56,224 bases of DNA, taken from NCBI GenBank assembly GCA_034530615.2, contig JAVRCV020000075.1, forward strand, positions 1 to 56,224, in the 5' to 3' direction. The DNA is from Aulosira sp. ZfuVER01. GTDB lineage: Bacteria; Cyanobacteriota; Cyanobacteriia; Cyanobacteriales; Nostocaceae. A program made the translations under genes and the position numbers. Positions 19,685 to 29,439 of the stretch are shown here, piece after piece. The notes under the pieces were generated by a model. That model saw only the letters and a program-made list of their open reading frames with translations. It had not been told where the DNA came from and did no database searches. Each line of letters starts with the position of its first letter. The stretch's first letter is position 1.

Positions 19685-20992
19685 TTAGTTTTTAGCTTTC
19701 AGTAGTAAATAGAATAATTGTCCATTGCTAACTGTAACGCCAGCGCGATCGCCTGCCAATTTACCAGTACCTAAAAAATAATCAACTCTGCCAGCACCTT
19801 TAATTGCACCACCAGTATCTTGATCGAGTACGTAACGGCTAACAATCCGATGCTCTAATTTCCCAGTATCATCAGCAAAGGGGAAAGCTGCACGAATCAG
19901 GGCTAAAGCACCAGGGGGCATCAAAGATTTATCTGTAGCAATTGAACGTTCTGCTGTAAGTGGCTGACTGATAGAACCTTGTGCTGGTGCGCCTTTAGTT
20001 TCTTGAAAAAACACAAAGCTGGGATCGCGAGGAATATAAACATTTAATTCCTGGGGATACTTTTGGAAATAATCGAGGATAACTGGCATAGTCATTCCTT
20101 CTAAAGGCAATTTGCCATCATTCGCCAGTTCCCGTCCAATGCTTTTGTAGTTATAAGCAATATTACCCGCATAACCAATACTTGTCTGAGTCCCATCAGT
20201 CAGTTGCAGTTTTGCAGAACCTTGAATTTGCACCATGTATGGTTCTAGGCGATCGCGAAACCAAAATAATTCTAAGCCACGTAGTTTACCTTTTGCGCCT
20301 TGTAAACCATCCGCTCCTTCGAGTTCCAAGCGCGTAGGATGGGGTAAACTCCAAGAGTCTAAATCGGGTGGTGCTTTATAAACAGGATAGCGGTATTCTG
20401 CTGTAGGCACGCGACTGGCTGTATACATTGGTTCGTAGTAGGCGGTGAACAAAACAGAACCTTTGCTATCCTTACCAATTGACTGGTAAAGCACAAACTC
20501 CTTGGCGATCGCAGCCTGAAGTGCAGCAGCAGAATTAGTGTTGAGTAAAAGTTGGCGGAATCTGAGCAAACTTGTGTAAACGCGATCGCGGGTGATTCCT
20601 GGTATGGGGTAACTCTTGTAAACAGCATCCGCCCTAGCAGATTGTAGGTATCGTAGACTGCGATCGATGGAGGTTAACAGCGCTTTTTGATCGTTCTCAT
20701 CCCCATATAGTGCCTCATCCACACAAGAGCGATCGCCCTGACAACAAGTAACTGGTAATCTCTCAATCAGTACTGGTGGTTTTTGCTGGGAATTGCTAGA
20801 TAATGCTCCTGGTAGATTCCACTTTTTTAGCTGACATTCTGGCGCACTCAGTCCTCGATACCCCAAAGATGGCATTCGCACCAGTAAAATCCCCAGAACA
20901 ACAGGTAAACACACCAATAGCTGTAATAAAACCTTAGCGTTCCTCTGCGTGAACCTTTGCGCCCCTTTGCGTTTAAAAATGAAATCAAACAT
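19685..20992 (-). CDS. mltA: Membrane-bound lytic murein transglycosylase A
   Basis: FTAYYEP, IQGSAKL, SIATD, DQDTGGAIKGAGRVDYFLG (3D domain). Confidence 0.93.
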   Translation of the reverse strand: MFDFIFKRKGAQRFTQRNAKVLLQLLVCLPVVLGILLVRMPSLGYRGLSAPECQLKKWNLPGALSSNSQQKPPVLIERLPVTCCQGDRSCVDEALYGDENDQKALLTSIDRSLRYLQSARADAVYKSYPIPGITRDRVYTSLLRFRQLLLNTNSAAALQAAIAKEFVLYQSIGKDSKGSVLFTAYYEPMYTASRVPTAEYRYPVYKAPPDLDSWSLPHPTRLELEGADGLQGAKGKLRGLELFWFRDRLEPYMVQIQGSAKLQLTDGTQTSIGYAGNIAYNYKSIGRELANDGKLPLEGMTMPVILDYFQKYPQELNVYIPRDPSFVFFQETKGAPAQGSISQPLTAERSIATDKSLMPPGALALIRAAFPFADDTGKLEHRIVSRYVLDQDTGGAIKGAGRVDYFLGTGKLAGDRAGVTVSNGQLFYLLLKAKN

Positions 20993-21048
20993 TTGGGATA
21001 CTCCCGTAGGTTGACCTCTTGCCTATTGCCCCATGCCCCATGACCATT

Positions 21049-22368
21049 TCACTCATTCATATTATGATATGTGGCAACTGCGGAAGGTGAAATGCGATTT
21101 AAGTAGCGGAAAATCCAATATTTGAAAATCGTATCTAAAATCACTGGGAATGTAGCAATAAATAAGAAGATAAAATCTCGATTTGCTGGTAATCCCCAAT
21201 GGCGCGAGACACCTTCTAAAATTACTTCCCAGCCGTGAGGTGAGTGAAACCCTACAAATACATCAGTAAACAAAATGATAATAAATGCCTTAGCACTATC
21301 ACTCAGTCCATAAACAATATTATCGAAAAATTCTTTGATGATAACTATAGAAGGTTTACTGACGAGCAAAAGCCAGATAAAAGCCCCTACAGAAAAGATA
21401 TCTGAAAAAACATTTTTAATAGCATTAGAGCTTTCTTCACGAAATTCTTCAGCAATCTCACTAGCTTTCTCCTTCATGTGAGTTTCTATTGCCTCAGGAG
21501 ATAGTGGTGGTGCTTTGCTAATTAAATTTTCAAATTTTATTCTTTCTTCAAACCTTTCTAACTCTACTAACGCTTCTTCTTCCATTTCAGCATTGAGAAA
21601 GATTTGCACCGCTTCAGAACCTCGAAAGCGTTCAACAAGCGGTCCGACTACAAGTGCTTTTGCTAGCTGATGGGTAAGAAGTGGTACTATAATTAATAGT
21701 AAAATAAACCTAATAGATATAATTGTTCTTCGTTGAGTTTGCCGGAAATTTTGAACAACATCTTGCTCCGAATTTGGATCTAATTCAACTTGCAAACGAG
21801 TAATAGTACTTAAAATTGACCTTGGCAATATCCCTGTTGTATTCGCTTTACCTTGAGGCTTTCTGTTGACATTATTAGGTAATTTTGGGATTGATGTTTG
21901 TGCAGTTATTGAGTCTGTTTGCTTCTTAGGAGGTTGATCTACTACAGCTAGAGAATTTACTTCATCCTCAACGAGGGTATATTTTGAAAGCACTTGATCG
22001 ATGAATCTAAGCTTTTCTAAAATTAAAGAAAGTTCAGGATATTCTATCCCTGCTTTATTTGCAGCTTCTCGATCGGCTTCTTTTAAGAACCAACGGCTAC
22101 TTTTAAACTCTGTTAGTCGCATCCGAGCAATTTTTAATTGCTTTTTCAGATCTGACTGAAAATAATCCATGACATTGCTACTGTACATAGCTAAGTCAGA
22201 GTCTACTTTATTACCATTAAAATGTTTATCTTCTAATTCTTTAATTTTTAATGCCGCGTTGTAAGCTTCATCCAGAGAACGCTCTGGTGTTCTTAAATAC
22301 CATCGGTAAAGACTCAGCAAGAAAGGGTAAATTTTTTGACTAAAAACAGAGTTCTTCATCGTCAGCAA
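21049..22368 (-). CDS. pcxA: Proton extrusion protein PcxA (CemA family)
   Basis: TPERSLDEAY, LSDSAKAFIIILFTDVFVGFHSPHGWE, FPVILDTIFKYWIFRYLNRISPSAVATY. Confidence 0.95.
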   Translation of the reverse strand: MLTMKNSVFSQKIYPFLLSLYRWYLRTPERSLDEAYNAALKIKELEDKHFNGNKVDSDLAMYSSNVMDYFQSDLKKQLKIARMRLTEFKSSRWFLKEADREAANKAGIEYPELSLILEKLRFIDQVLSKYTLVEDEVNSLAVVDQPPKKQTDSITAQTSIPKLPNNVNRKPQGKANTTGILPRSILSTITRLQVELDPNSEQDVVQNFRQTQRRTIISIRFILLLIIVPLLTHQLAKALVVGPLVERFRGSEAVQIFLNAEMEEEALVELERFEERIKFENLISKAPPLSPEAIETHMKEKASEIAEEFREESSNAIKNVFSDIFSVGAFIWLLLVSKPSIVIIKEFFDNIVYGLSDSAKAFIIILFTDVFVGFHSPHGWEVILEGVSRHWGLPANRDFIFLFIATFPVILDTIFKYWIFRYLNRISPSAVATYHNMNE

Positions 22369-22446
22369 TCATCCAGCATGATTTGGTGATTCTTAACCTT
22401 AAATTAACGCACGAAGTATACTAACAAATCTACAAGGAGAGGGTTT

Positions 22447-24624
22447 GTGGTTTCTCATTCGGTTTGGATTGTTGGTGGTAGCCGCAGTGGCAAGACTACT
22501 CATTTAGTTAGACAGTTTTGTAGTTGGGTGCAAGGTAATAATCAAACTATTGAATCATTTTATACTAACCAAAAAGAGCAGAAAAAAGGCAAACAATTAC
22601 TTAAAGGCTTAGAAATTCGCCAGACAGAACCGGGAGTTTTGCTTTTAGCCGCTAATGATGATAACCGCCGAGAATTTGGCGATAGAATTGTCACTGCTAC
22701 TCTAGGTAAATATCCGGTTCGCGCTAAAACACCGCTAGGATTTTTTCAGGATGAAGTAATTTTATTTTGGCCGTTGTTAATTCAGTCATTAAAGCTGAAC
22801 GCCCAATTTCCTGTAAGATTGCGTCCAGAAACCGAGCAAGAATTGGCAACGAAACTCTGGCGTTCTCAGTTAGACGAAGAAACTTTGCGGCTTGCGGGAA
22901 TAAATGAATATCGTTTGGTGCGTCGCATTCTCGATTTATTGCAATTAGCAGCCTATAGCGGCGAAAAGTGCGATCGCATTGCGGAAATTTTGGCAAGTGG
23001 TTTAGGAGATAATCCGATTAATTTAGAGCCAGAATTTCTTGCCTCTTTGTTGCTCGATTGGCGCGACTGGTGTTTAAATCGGGGATTTCTCACCTACGGG
23101 ATTATTACCGAACTGTACAATCAGCACTTGTTAACTAATGAAAATTATCAACAGCATCTAGCGAAACGTTATCAGGCTGTATTAGCAGATGATGTCGATG
23201 ATTATCCTGGCATAGCTCGTCACCTGTTTGATTTCTTGTTAGATCGAGGTGCAGTTGGGGCGTTTAGTTACAATCCTGAAGGTGCAGTGCGGTTGGGATT
23301 GGGAGCAGATCCTAACTATCTCCAAGGATTAGCAAGGCGTTGTCAAGTTAAAACCTTGATTGGGCCACCTATAGAATCCTTGGCAATTGAACTGGCTACA
23401 CAAATGGTTGAACTAGCCACAGAACCAACTGTAATTTTGAGCTTACCAGAAACCGTACAGTCAATTCAAACTACCTCCCGTGCCCAACTGTTGCGGCAAA
23501 CAGCCGAGGTAATTGTGGATGCGATCGCCTCAGGACAAGTAGAACCAGAAGAAGTCGCAGTTATTGCACCTGGTTTAGATGCGATCGCACGTTATACCTT
23601 AATAGAAATCCTCAACAAACAAAATATCCGGGTAGAACCCCTTAACGATCAACGTCCCTTGATTAGTTCGCCAGCGATTCGGGCATTACTTACTATGCTG
23701 GCCCTAGTCTATCCCGGTTTGGGACGCTTAGTAGATCGAGATGCCGTAGCCGAGATGTTGGTGGTATTGAGTAGAAAATCAAAAGCCGCAGACAACGCCT
23801 CAGAACTCAGCACTAACATCGATCCTGTACGCGCCGGGTTAATAGCAGATTACTGCTTTGAACCACATCCAGAACGCCCTAACCTGCTACCAGTGACAGC
23901 TTTCGAGCGCTGGGATCGCATCGGCTATGCCGCCACAACAGCTTATAGCGAAATATTACAGTGGATAGAGAAACAGCGATCGCAACAAGAACAGCGTTTA
24001 ATTCCTAGCCCTATTTCCCTGTTATACCTGGCAATTCAAGATTTTTTGTGTAAAGATACCAATCCTCCTTACGATCAACTAGCAGCCCTGAGAGAATTGT
24101 TAGAAACAGCCCAACACTACTGGGAAATTAATACCAGGCTGCAACAAACCAATTCCAAATTACCTCCATCTAGCCCTTCTGAAAGCACCATTGCCGAATT
24201 TATTCAACTACTACGGCGTGGTACGATTACCGCTAACCCCTATCCTTTACGCCCCATTGGCCCAGCCAAAAAAGCTGTCACCTTAGCAACTATCTTCCAA
24301 TACCGTTCTAGTAGGAGATTTCATCGTTGGCATTTTTGGCTAGATGCTAGTTCGCCTCTGTGGGCAAAAGGTGGTGCAGCTACGTTGTTTGGCGCACCAT
24401 TGTTTCTTCAAGACAGATTAGGTTCACCTTGGACAGCCGAAGATGAGAAATTAGCAGAAGAACAACGGCTGCAAAGAATTTTGGCAGATTTGCTTTCTCG
24501 TGTATCCGACAAAATTTATTTATGCCATAGCGATTTAGCTGTCAATGGGCAAGAGCAGTTAGGGCCGCTGTTACCTTTAGTAAATGCCTGTGTGCCAATT
24601 AATTCTGAGGCTGCTGTTAATTGA
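22447..24624 (+). CDS. Conserved cyanobacterial P-loop protein, degenerate UvrD/AddB-like helicase fold
   Basis: N-terminal GGSRSGKT, motif II-like VLADDVDD, EEVAVIAP; 725-aa ORF. Confidence 0.65.
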   Translation: MVSHSVWIVGGSRSGKTTHLVRQFCSWVQGNNQTIESFYTNQKEQKKGKQLLKGLEIRQTEPGVLLLAANDDNRREFGDRIVTATLGKYPVRAKTPLGFFQDEVILFWPLLIQSLKLNAQFPVRLRPETEQELATKLWRSQLDEETLRLAGINEYRLVRRILDLLQLAAYSGEKCDRIAEILASGLGDNPINLEPEFLASLLLDWRDWCLNRGFLTYGIITELYNQHLLTNENYQQHLAKRYQAVLADDVDDYPGIARHLFDFLLDRGAVGAFSYNPEGAVRLGLGADPNYLQGLARRCQVKTLIGPPIESLAIELATQMVELATEPTVILSLPETVQSIQTTSRAQLLRQTAEVIVDAIASGQVEPEEVAVIAPGLDAIARYTLIEILNKQNIRVEPLNDQRPLISSPAIRALLTMLALVYPGLGRLVDRDAVAEMLVVLSRKSKAADNASELSTNIDPVRAGLIADYCFEPHPERPNLLPVTAFERWDRIGYAATTAYSEILQWIEKQRSQQEQRLIPSPISLLYLAIQDFLCKDTNPPYDQLAALRELLETAQHYWEINTRLQQTNSKLPPSSPSESTIAEFIQLLRRGTITANPYPLRPIGPAKKAVTLATIFQYRSSRRFHRWHFWLDASSPLWAKGGAATLFGAPLFLQDRLGSPWTAEDEKLAEEQRLQRILADLLSRVSDKIYLCHSDLAVNGQEQLGPLLPLVNACVPINSEAAVN

Positions 24625-24663
24625 GTAACTTTCTGGCGATGCGAGAAGACTGCGTTTACAGAT

Positions 24664-24694
24664 AAATCGGCGGGAAACCAACGCCCACCGATTT
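24664..24694. terminator. Hairpin downstream of the P-loop gene (terminator or small repeat)
   Basis: AAATCGG CGGG...CCCA CCGATTT. Confidence 0.45.
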
Positions 24695-25212
24695 GGTGCA
24701 ACTAGCGTCATTTGGCATTAGTATTCTTTCTCATGCTCTTAAACCTGATAACTTCACTAAAACTTTACTAATTCTTGCTTTTTATTTATAAAGAATTTAT
24801 TTAATCTAAGTTTCTTTACTTAAATATTTATTACATTAATACCTGGGGATAACACTTAGGTTTACAAAAACTTACAATATTCATTCGGATACATCGGTTT
24901 ATTATCAGAAAACTATTAGGTAAGTCATATATAACACTTGCATCTGATAGAGACTTGTTTATGGTTTTGATAATTGTGAATGTTTAAGCCAAATAGTACG
25001 CACTCTAAAATGATATTTCTTATATCAAAATTTGCATCTGTTTTGATACCAGATGATGCTGTAGGAGTAAGCTTAACTGTATAGTGAAAAATATTTATTA
25101 GTTCGTAATTAATAAACTTAATTTTATTTATGTAATAGTTTTACACCAAATTTACCAGTTACCAAAACTTACTCAAAACCTAATTCTTGACATTAGCAAA
25201 CCCACTCTTGCA

Positions 25213-26073
25213 ATGAATATTACTGAACTGATATCACCCAAATTATTTAAGAACGAACCATTCTGGCTGTTGAGTATTACCGCAGGGCTAGAAGTAATTT
25301 GTCTTACCTTAGTTTGGAAAGCTCATGATATTGGCCATTTAGGCATGAGTATTCTGTTTTTATTCGCTACAGGTTCTCTGTTATGGGACAAACGCCATAC
25401 ATTGCGCTTTGAAAGCGATGTTTTCTCTAGTATTGTGGGCTTGCTCTTGATTATTTGGGTACTATGGCAAAGTGCAACTCAGAATCTAGAACATACCCTC
25501 CGTCTTTTATCCTTTACCTCTGCTTTAGGTGTCAGCTTACTCGCTTCTGGTTTTAAGGGATTAAAGCAATATTGGGAAGAACTGATTATTCTATTTTTTC
25601 TGGGAATACCCAGTGTCCTTGCTGATTTATTAATTGATATTTCGCCTTTAAGTGCCAAATTCGCTAGTCTGCTTTTGTGGTACTTAGGCTTTGAAGTTGC
25701 AATTGATGGAGTTAATATCTACTTACCGACTGGTAGCATTAAAGTAGTTCATAGCTGTTCTGGTATAGACACCATCAACTATATATTAGGTATATCGGTT
25801 ATTGCTCTGGTGATGTTCCCCATTGCCAAAAGTAAGCGGTTTTTTGTACCAATAGTTGCTATTGTCTTAGGATTTGTCATTAATGGAGTGAGAATTGCCA
25901 TGTTGGCAGTAATGGAAGGAACAAACAAAGCTGCCTTTGAAAGCTGGCATGGAGGACAGGCTTCTTATTCCTATGGTGTGTTGGGTATCCTGATTTTTGG
26001 GATATTTTATATGTTTTTACTAAAACAAGAAGAAAGGCAAACTCAGAATACTGAAAAGTCTTCCAACTCATAA
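25213..26073 (+). CDS. Cyanoexosortase A-type exosortase
   Basis: Multi-TM; catalytic Cys (HSCSG), Arg (NGVRI), His (ESWHGG). Confidence 0.85.
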   Translation: MNITELISPKLFKNEPFWLLSITAGLEVICLTLVWKAHDIGHLGMSILFLFATGSLLWDKRHTLRFESDVFSSIVGLLLIIWVLWQSATQNLEHTLRLLSFTSALGVSLLASGFKGLKQYWEELIILFFLGIPSVLADLLIDISPLSAKFASLLLWYLGFEVAIDGVNIYLPTGSIKVVHSCSGIDTINYILGISVIALVMFPIAKSKRFFVPIVAIVLGFVINGVRIAMLAVMEGTNKAAFESWHGGQASYSYGVLGILIFGIFYMFLLKQEERQTQNTEKSSNS

Positions 26074-26232
26074 ATACATACAATTAAAAACAATATCCTA
26101 TCTGTAGTAGGAATCTATTTCACGTAGTCAGGACTTTAGTCTTGAATTTTTATCTCTCAAGCTGGATAAAAAAACTGCGATCGCAAGTCATTGTATAAAT
26201 GAAACTATCGCAAGCAAGTTATCTACTACCCC

Positions 26233-27966
26233 ATGCGTTACTTTGTATTAGCTACCGACTACGATGGCACTCTAGCTACAGATAGTCATGTCAATGAAAA
26301 GACTTTAGCAGCATTAGAACGCCTCCGCGCTTCCGGGAGAAAGCTAATATTAGTTACAGGTAGGCAGCTAGATGATTTGCAACAGGTTTTCGATCGCATT
26401 GATTTATTCGATTATGTAGTAGCCGAAAATGGTGCGTTACTCTATTTACCAGCTTCTCGTCAGGAGAAGTTATTAGGTTCGCAACCACCACAAGAGTTTA
26501 TTCAAGCATTGCGCGATCGCCATGTCGAGCCTTTATCAGTTGGGCGAGTAATTGTTGCGACTTGGCATCCCCAGGAAACTACTGTTTTACAAACCATCCG
26601 CGACTTAGGATTAGAATTGCAAGTCATCTTTAACAAAGGTGCAGTGATGGTATTACCTTCAGGTATCAACAAAGCCGCCGGATTGCTAGCAGCTTTGCAT
26701 GAAATGAAGTTATCACCGCACAATGTTGTTGGAGTTGGTGATGCAGAAAATGACCATGCGTTCCTCAAATTAAGCGAGTTATCTGTAGCCGTGGCTAATG
26801 CTTTACCAATGCTGAAAGAACAGGTAGATTTTGTCACTAAGGGTAATCGAGGAGATGGTGTTGTCGAATTAATTGACAAAATTATTGCTAATGACATTTC
26901 TGATTTAGATGAACAGCTGCAACGACACAAAATTTTGTTGGGAACTCGAACAGATGGTGCAGAAGTTCATATCAAACCCTATGGTTCAAGTATTTTATTA
27001 GCTGGCACTTCTGGAGGAGGAAAATCTACCTTAGCTACAGCCGTTCTAGAACGAATTGCCGAGCAAAACTACCAAATTTGTATTATCGATCCAGAGGGAG
27101 ACTACGAAAACTTTGAACCAGGAATAATTTTAGGCAATACTGAAAGCTCGCCTAGAATTGCAGAAGTCTTAGATTTATTAGAACAACATAACCAAAATGT
27201 CGTGGTGAATTTACTGGGAATTGCCCTACAGGATCGTCCCACATTTTTTGCTGAACTATTATCAATATTATTAGAATTGCGATCGCGAACTGGTCGTCCA
27301 CATTGGATAGTTGTAGATGAAGCACATCATCTCCTCCCTGGATCCTGGAACCCTGCTTCTCTAACCTTACCTCAACAACTCAAAGGGATGATGTTAATCA
27401 CAGTCCATCCCGATCGAGTTGCAACAGCAGGTTTATCGTTGATAGATGCTATTCTCACTGTAGGAAATTCACCAGAAGAGAACATCAAAGCCTTCTGTGA
27501 CACTATCGGTCATTGTCCACCGCAACTAAAGTCCCAAACCTTAGAACCAGGAGAAGCACTAGCTTGGTTCAGCACAGAAGATTCAGAACCATTCCGCTTT
27601 CGCATCACCCCAGGACGTACCGAACGCCGTCGTCATGTCCGCAAATACGCAGAAGGCAAATTAGGGGAGGATAAAAGCTTTTACTTCCGGGGGCCAGAAG
27701 CAAAGTTAAATCTCCGCGCCCAAAACCTAATTTTATTCACACAAATTGCCGAGGGTGTAGATGACGAAACTTGGTTATTTCACCTGCAACAGGGAGATTA
27801 TTCCCGTTGGTTTCAAGAGGCGATTAAAGATGAATCCTTAGCAGAAGAAGTTGCGGAAATAGAAAAAAGCGATGTCTACGACGGGTTAAACCTACGCAAA
27901 TCTGCTAATGAAAGTCGCAATGCAGTTAAAGCTGCTATTGAACAACGTTATACTTTGCCTGCTTAA
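26233..27966 (+). CDS. HAD-IIB hydrolase fused to a HerA/FtsK-like P-loop ATPase
   Basis: ATDYDGTL, LVTGR, NKAAG, GDAEND; GTSGGGKST; WIVVDEAHH. Confidence 0.88.
   Translation: MRYFVLATDYDGTLATDSHVNEKTLAALERLRASGRKLILVTGRQLDDLQQVFDRIDLFDYVVAENGALLYLPASRQEKLLGSQPPQEFIQALRDRHVEPLSVGRVIVATWHPQETTVLQTIRDLGLELQVIFNKGAVMVLPSGINKAAGLLAALHEMKLSPHNVVGVGDAENDHAFLKLSELSVAVANALPMLKEQVDFVTKGNRGDGVVELIDKIIANDISDLDEQLQRHKILLGTRTDGAEVHIKPYGSSILLAGTSGGGKSTLATAVLERIAEQNYQICIIDPEGDYENFEPGIILGNTESSPRIAEVLDLLEQHNQNVVVNLLGIALQDRPTFFAELLSILLELRSRTGRPHWIVVDEAHHLLPGSWNPASLTLPQQLKGMMLITVHPDRVATAGLSLIDAILTVGNSPEENIKAFCDTIGHCPPQLKSQTLEPGEALAWFSTEDSEPFRFRITPGRTERRRHVRKYAEGKLGEDKSFYFRGPEAKLNLRAQNLILFTQIAEGVDDETWLFHLQQGDYSRWFQEAIKDESLAEEVAEIEKSDVYDGLNLRKSANESRNAVKAAIEQRYTLPA
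27874..27894. mobile_element. 21-nt SDR5-like insertion inside a HIP1 site, in frame
   Basis: GCGAT[GTCTACGACGGGTTAAACCTA]CGC. Confidence 0.8.
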
Positions 27967-28274
27967 ATTACTAGACCTGTGCGAAAATCTACTAGCCAGT
28001 CTGTGCAAAGCTGTCAGGAGAAGTTATTACTGTCCGTTCGCCCATTTTAGAGTATGTCTTGCACAGGCGGGAATCTAGCTGATAAAGAGATTTAGGCATT
28101 ATGTGGGCTAATACTGCGATCGCACTCTGCGTATGACAGCACACCAGAAATTGTTTAGAATTTCTGGGTGTGCTTAGTAGGTTTTGAGACTTACTGCGCT
28201 ATTTTGTAATTTCCTGTTCGTTAGTAAAATTGCTTGAATGAAAAATCAGCACTTTAACAATATGGAGGAATGAA

Positions 28275-28712
28275 ATGGGACTGAGCGACGAACTCTTAAA
28301 CTCAAATAAAAAGGAGTTGATTGTAGATGAATGTTGCACAGTGATAGAAGCACAACTCGCTTCCAAATCTGGCATCAGCGGCATAGCTTTAAAAACTGCC
28401 TTCGCTGCATTGAAGGGGGTTAAGCCAGGATACATCCCTTACGTTGTTGAGCAGCTGCTGCCACAATGCTTTACAGCACTAGATCCTATCTGGGATGAAG
28501 GCGTGCAGAAGGGCGATCCTGTAGAACACTTAGTTACCAGTAGCGATCGCACCGCCGACGCACTACTCAGCGTCACCGATGAGAGAGTCAAACAGGCCAA
28601 GCGCCCCATCGTGCGCGGAACATACGAAAAATTCCGTGGTTCCGCCAAGCAACACGTAGAGGAAGCAGTTCCAGACTTAGCCAAGGTAATAGGTAAGTAT
28701 ACAAAAGAATGA
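28275..28712 (+). CDS. Hypothetical protein (DUF6918-like)
   Basis: GGAGG RBS; SKSGISG, VKPGYI, TADALLSVTD, YEKFRGSAKQHVEEAVP. Confidence 0.8.
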   Translation: MGLSDELLNSNKKELIVDECCTVIEAQLASKSGISGIALKTAFAALKGVKPGYIPYVVEQLLPQCFTALDPIWDEGVQKGDPVEHLVTSSDRTADALLSVTDERVKQAKRPIVRGTYEKFRGSAKQHVEEAVPDLAKVIGKYTKE

Positions 28713-29068
28713 TTAAACGCATAGAAGCTCTACTTCTTATCGGCAGACATCGCCTTCCAACACTGCCAAAGTCTTGGAACAAAGTAAATTTATCCTAACC
28801 GCCAAAAAGACTCGATGCTTCACTTCCTGAAGCTTAGTGTTAAGAGGTAGGTAAAAAATAGAACACCCCTGTGCCATAAATCTCGCACTAGCGAGGTCAA
28901 GGCACAAGGGTTAACAAACTTGATAAAATCTCGGTATTTGGAAAAGGTAATTATACCAATTAATTAACCCATTTGTAGGAGGTCATCAACAAGTAAGTCA
29001 CTGTACCTTACAGATAGTCAGACCAACACAACATGGTTTGAAGTATTCATGTCAGAGAGGTAGAAATC

Positions 29069-29392
29069 ATGTTGCAACTGGTATTTACCCGCTTCATCAA
29101 AGTTACAGCCTTTGGAATCACTGCTTTGTTACTAACTGGGCAAACTGCTGTTCATGCTGAACCAGCTTTACCTCGTCTAACTCCGCAACAAACGCAACGT
29201 TTATCTCGTGACTTGGTTCCCTATAATTCTCAAGACTTTTTCCGTAAAGGTCAAGAATTGATGGAGAGAGAGATTCAAATTCTCCAACAAAGGCAACTTA
29301 CAGCAAATCAACCTGTTCTCAAGGTTAATGTAATCCCGCAAATCAAAAAAGACAACCCACCAAGCAACAACTTTAACGTTTTACCTAAGTGA
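29069..29392 (+). CDS. Hypothetical secreted protein
   Basis: GAGG RBS, signal peptide ending AVHA. Confidence 0.75.
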   Translation: MLQLVFTRFIKVTAFGITALLLTGQTAVHAEPALPRLTPQQTQRLSRDLVPYNSQDFFRKGQELMEREIQILQQRQLTANQPVLKVNVIPQIKKDNPPSNNFNVLPK

Positions 29393-29439
29393 TAGCAATT
29401 TAAAACACCAGATTTGATTAACGCCAGAGAGTAGGTAGT

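Noticed and set aside
19516..21005. Inverted MITE ends bracketing mltA as a composite transposon
   Set aside because: Ends are degenerate and common; no target duplication or transposase; mltA is a core gene
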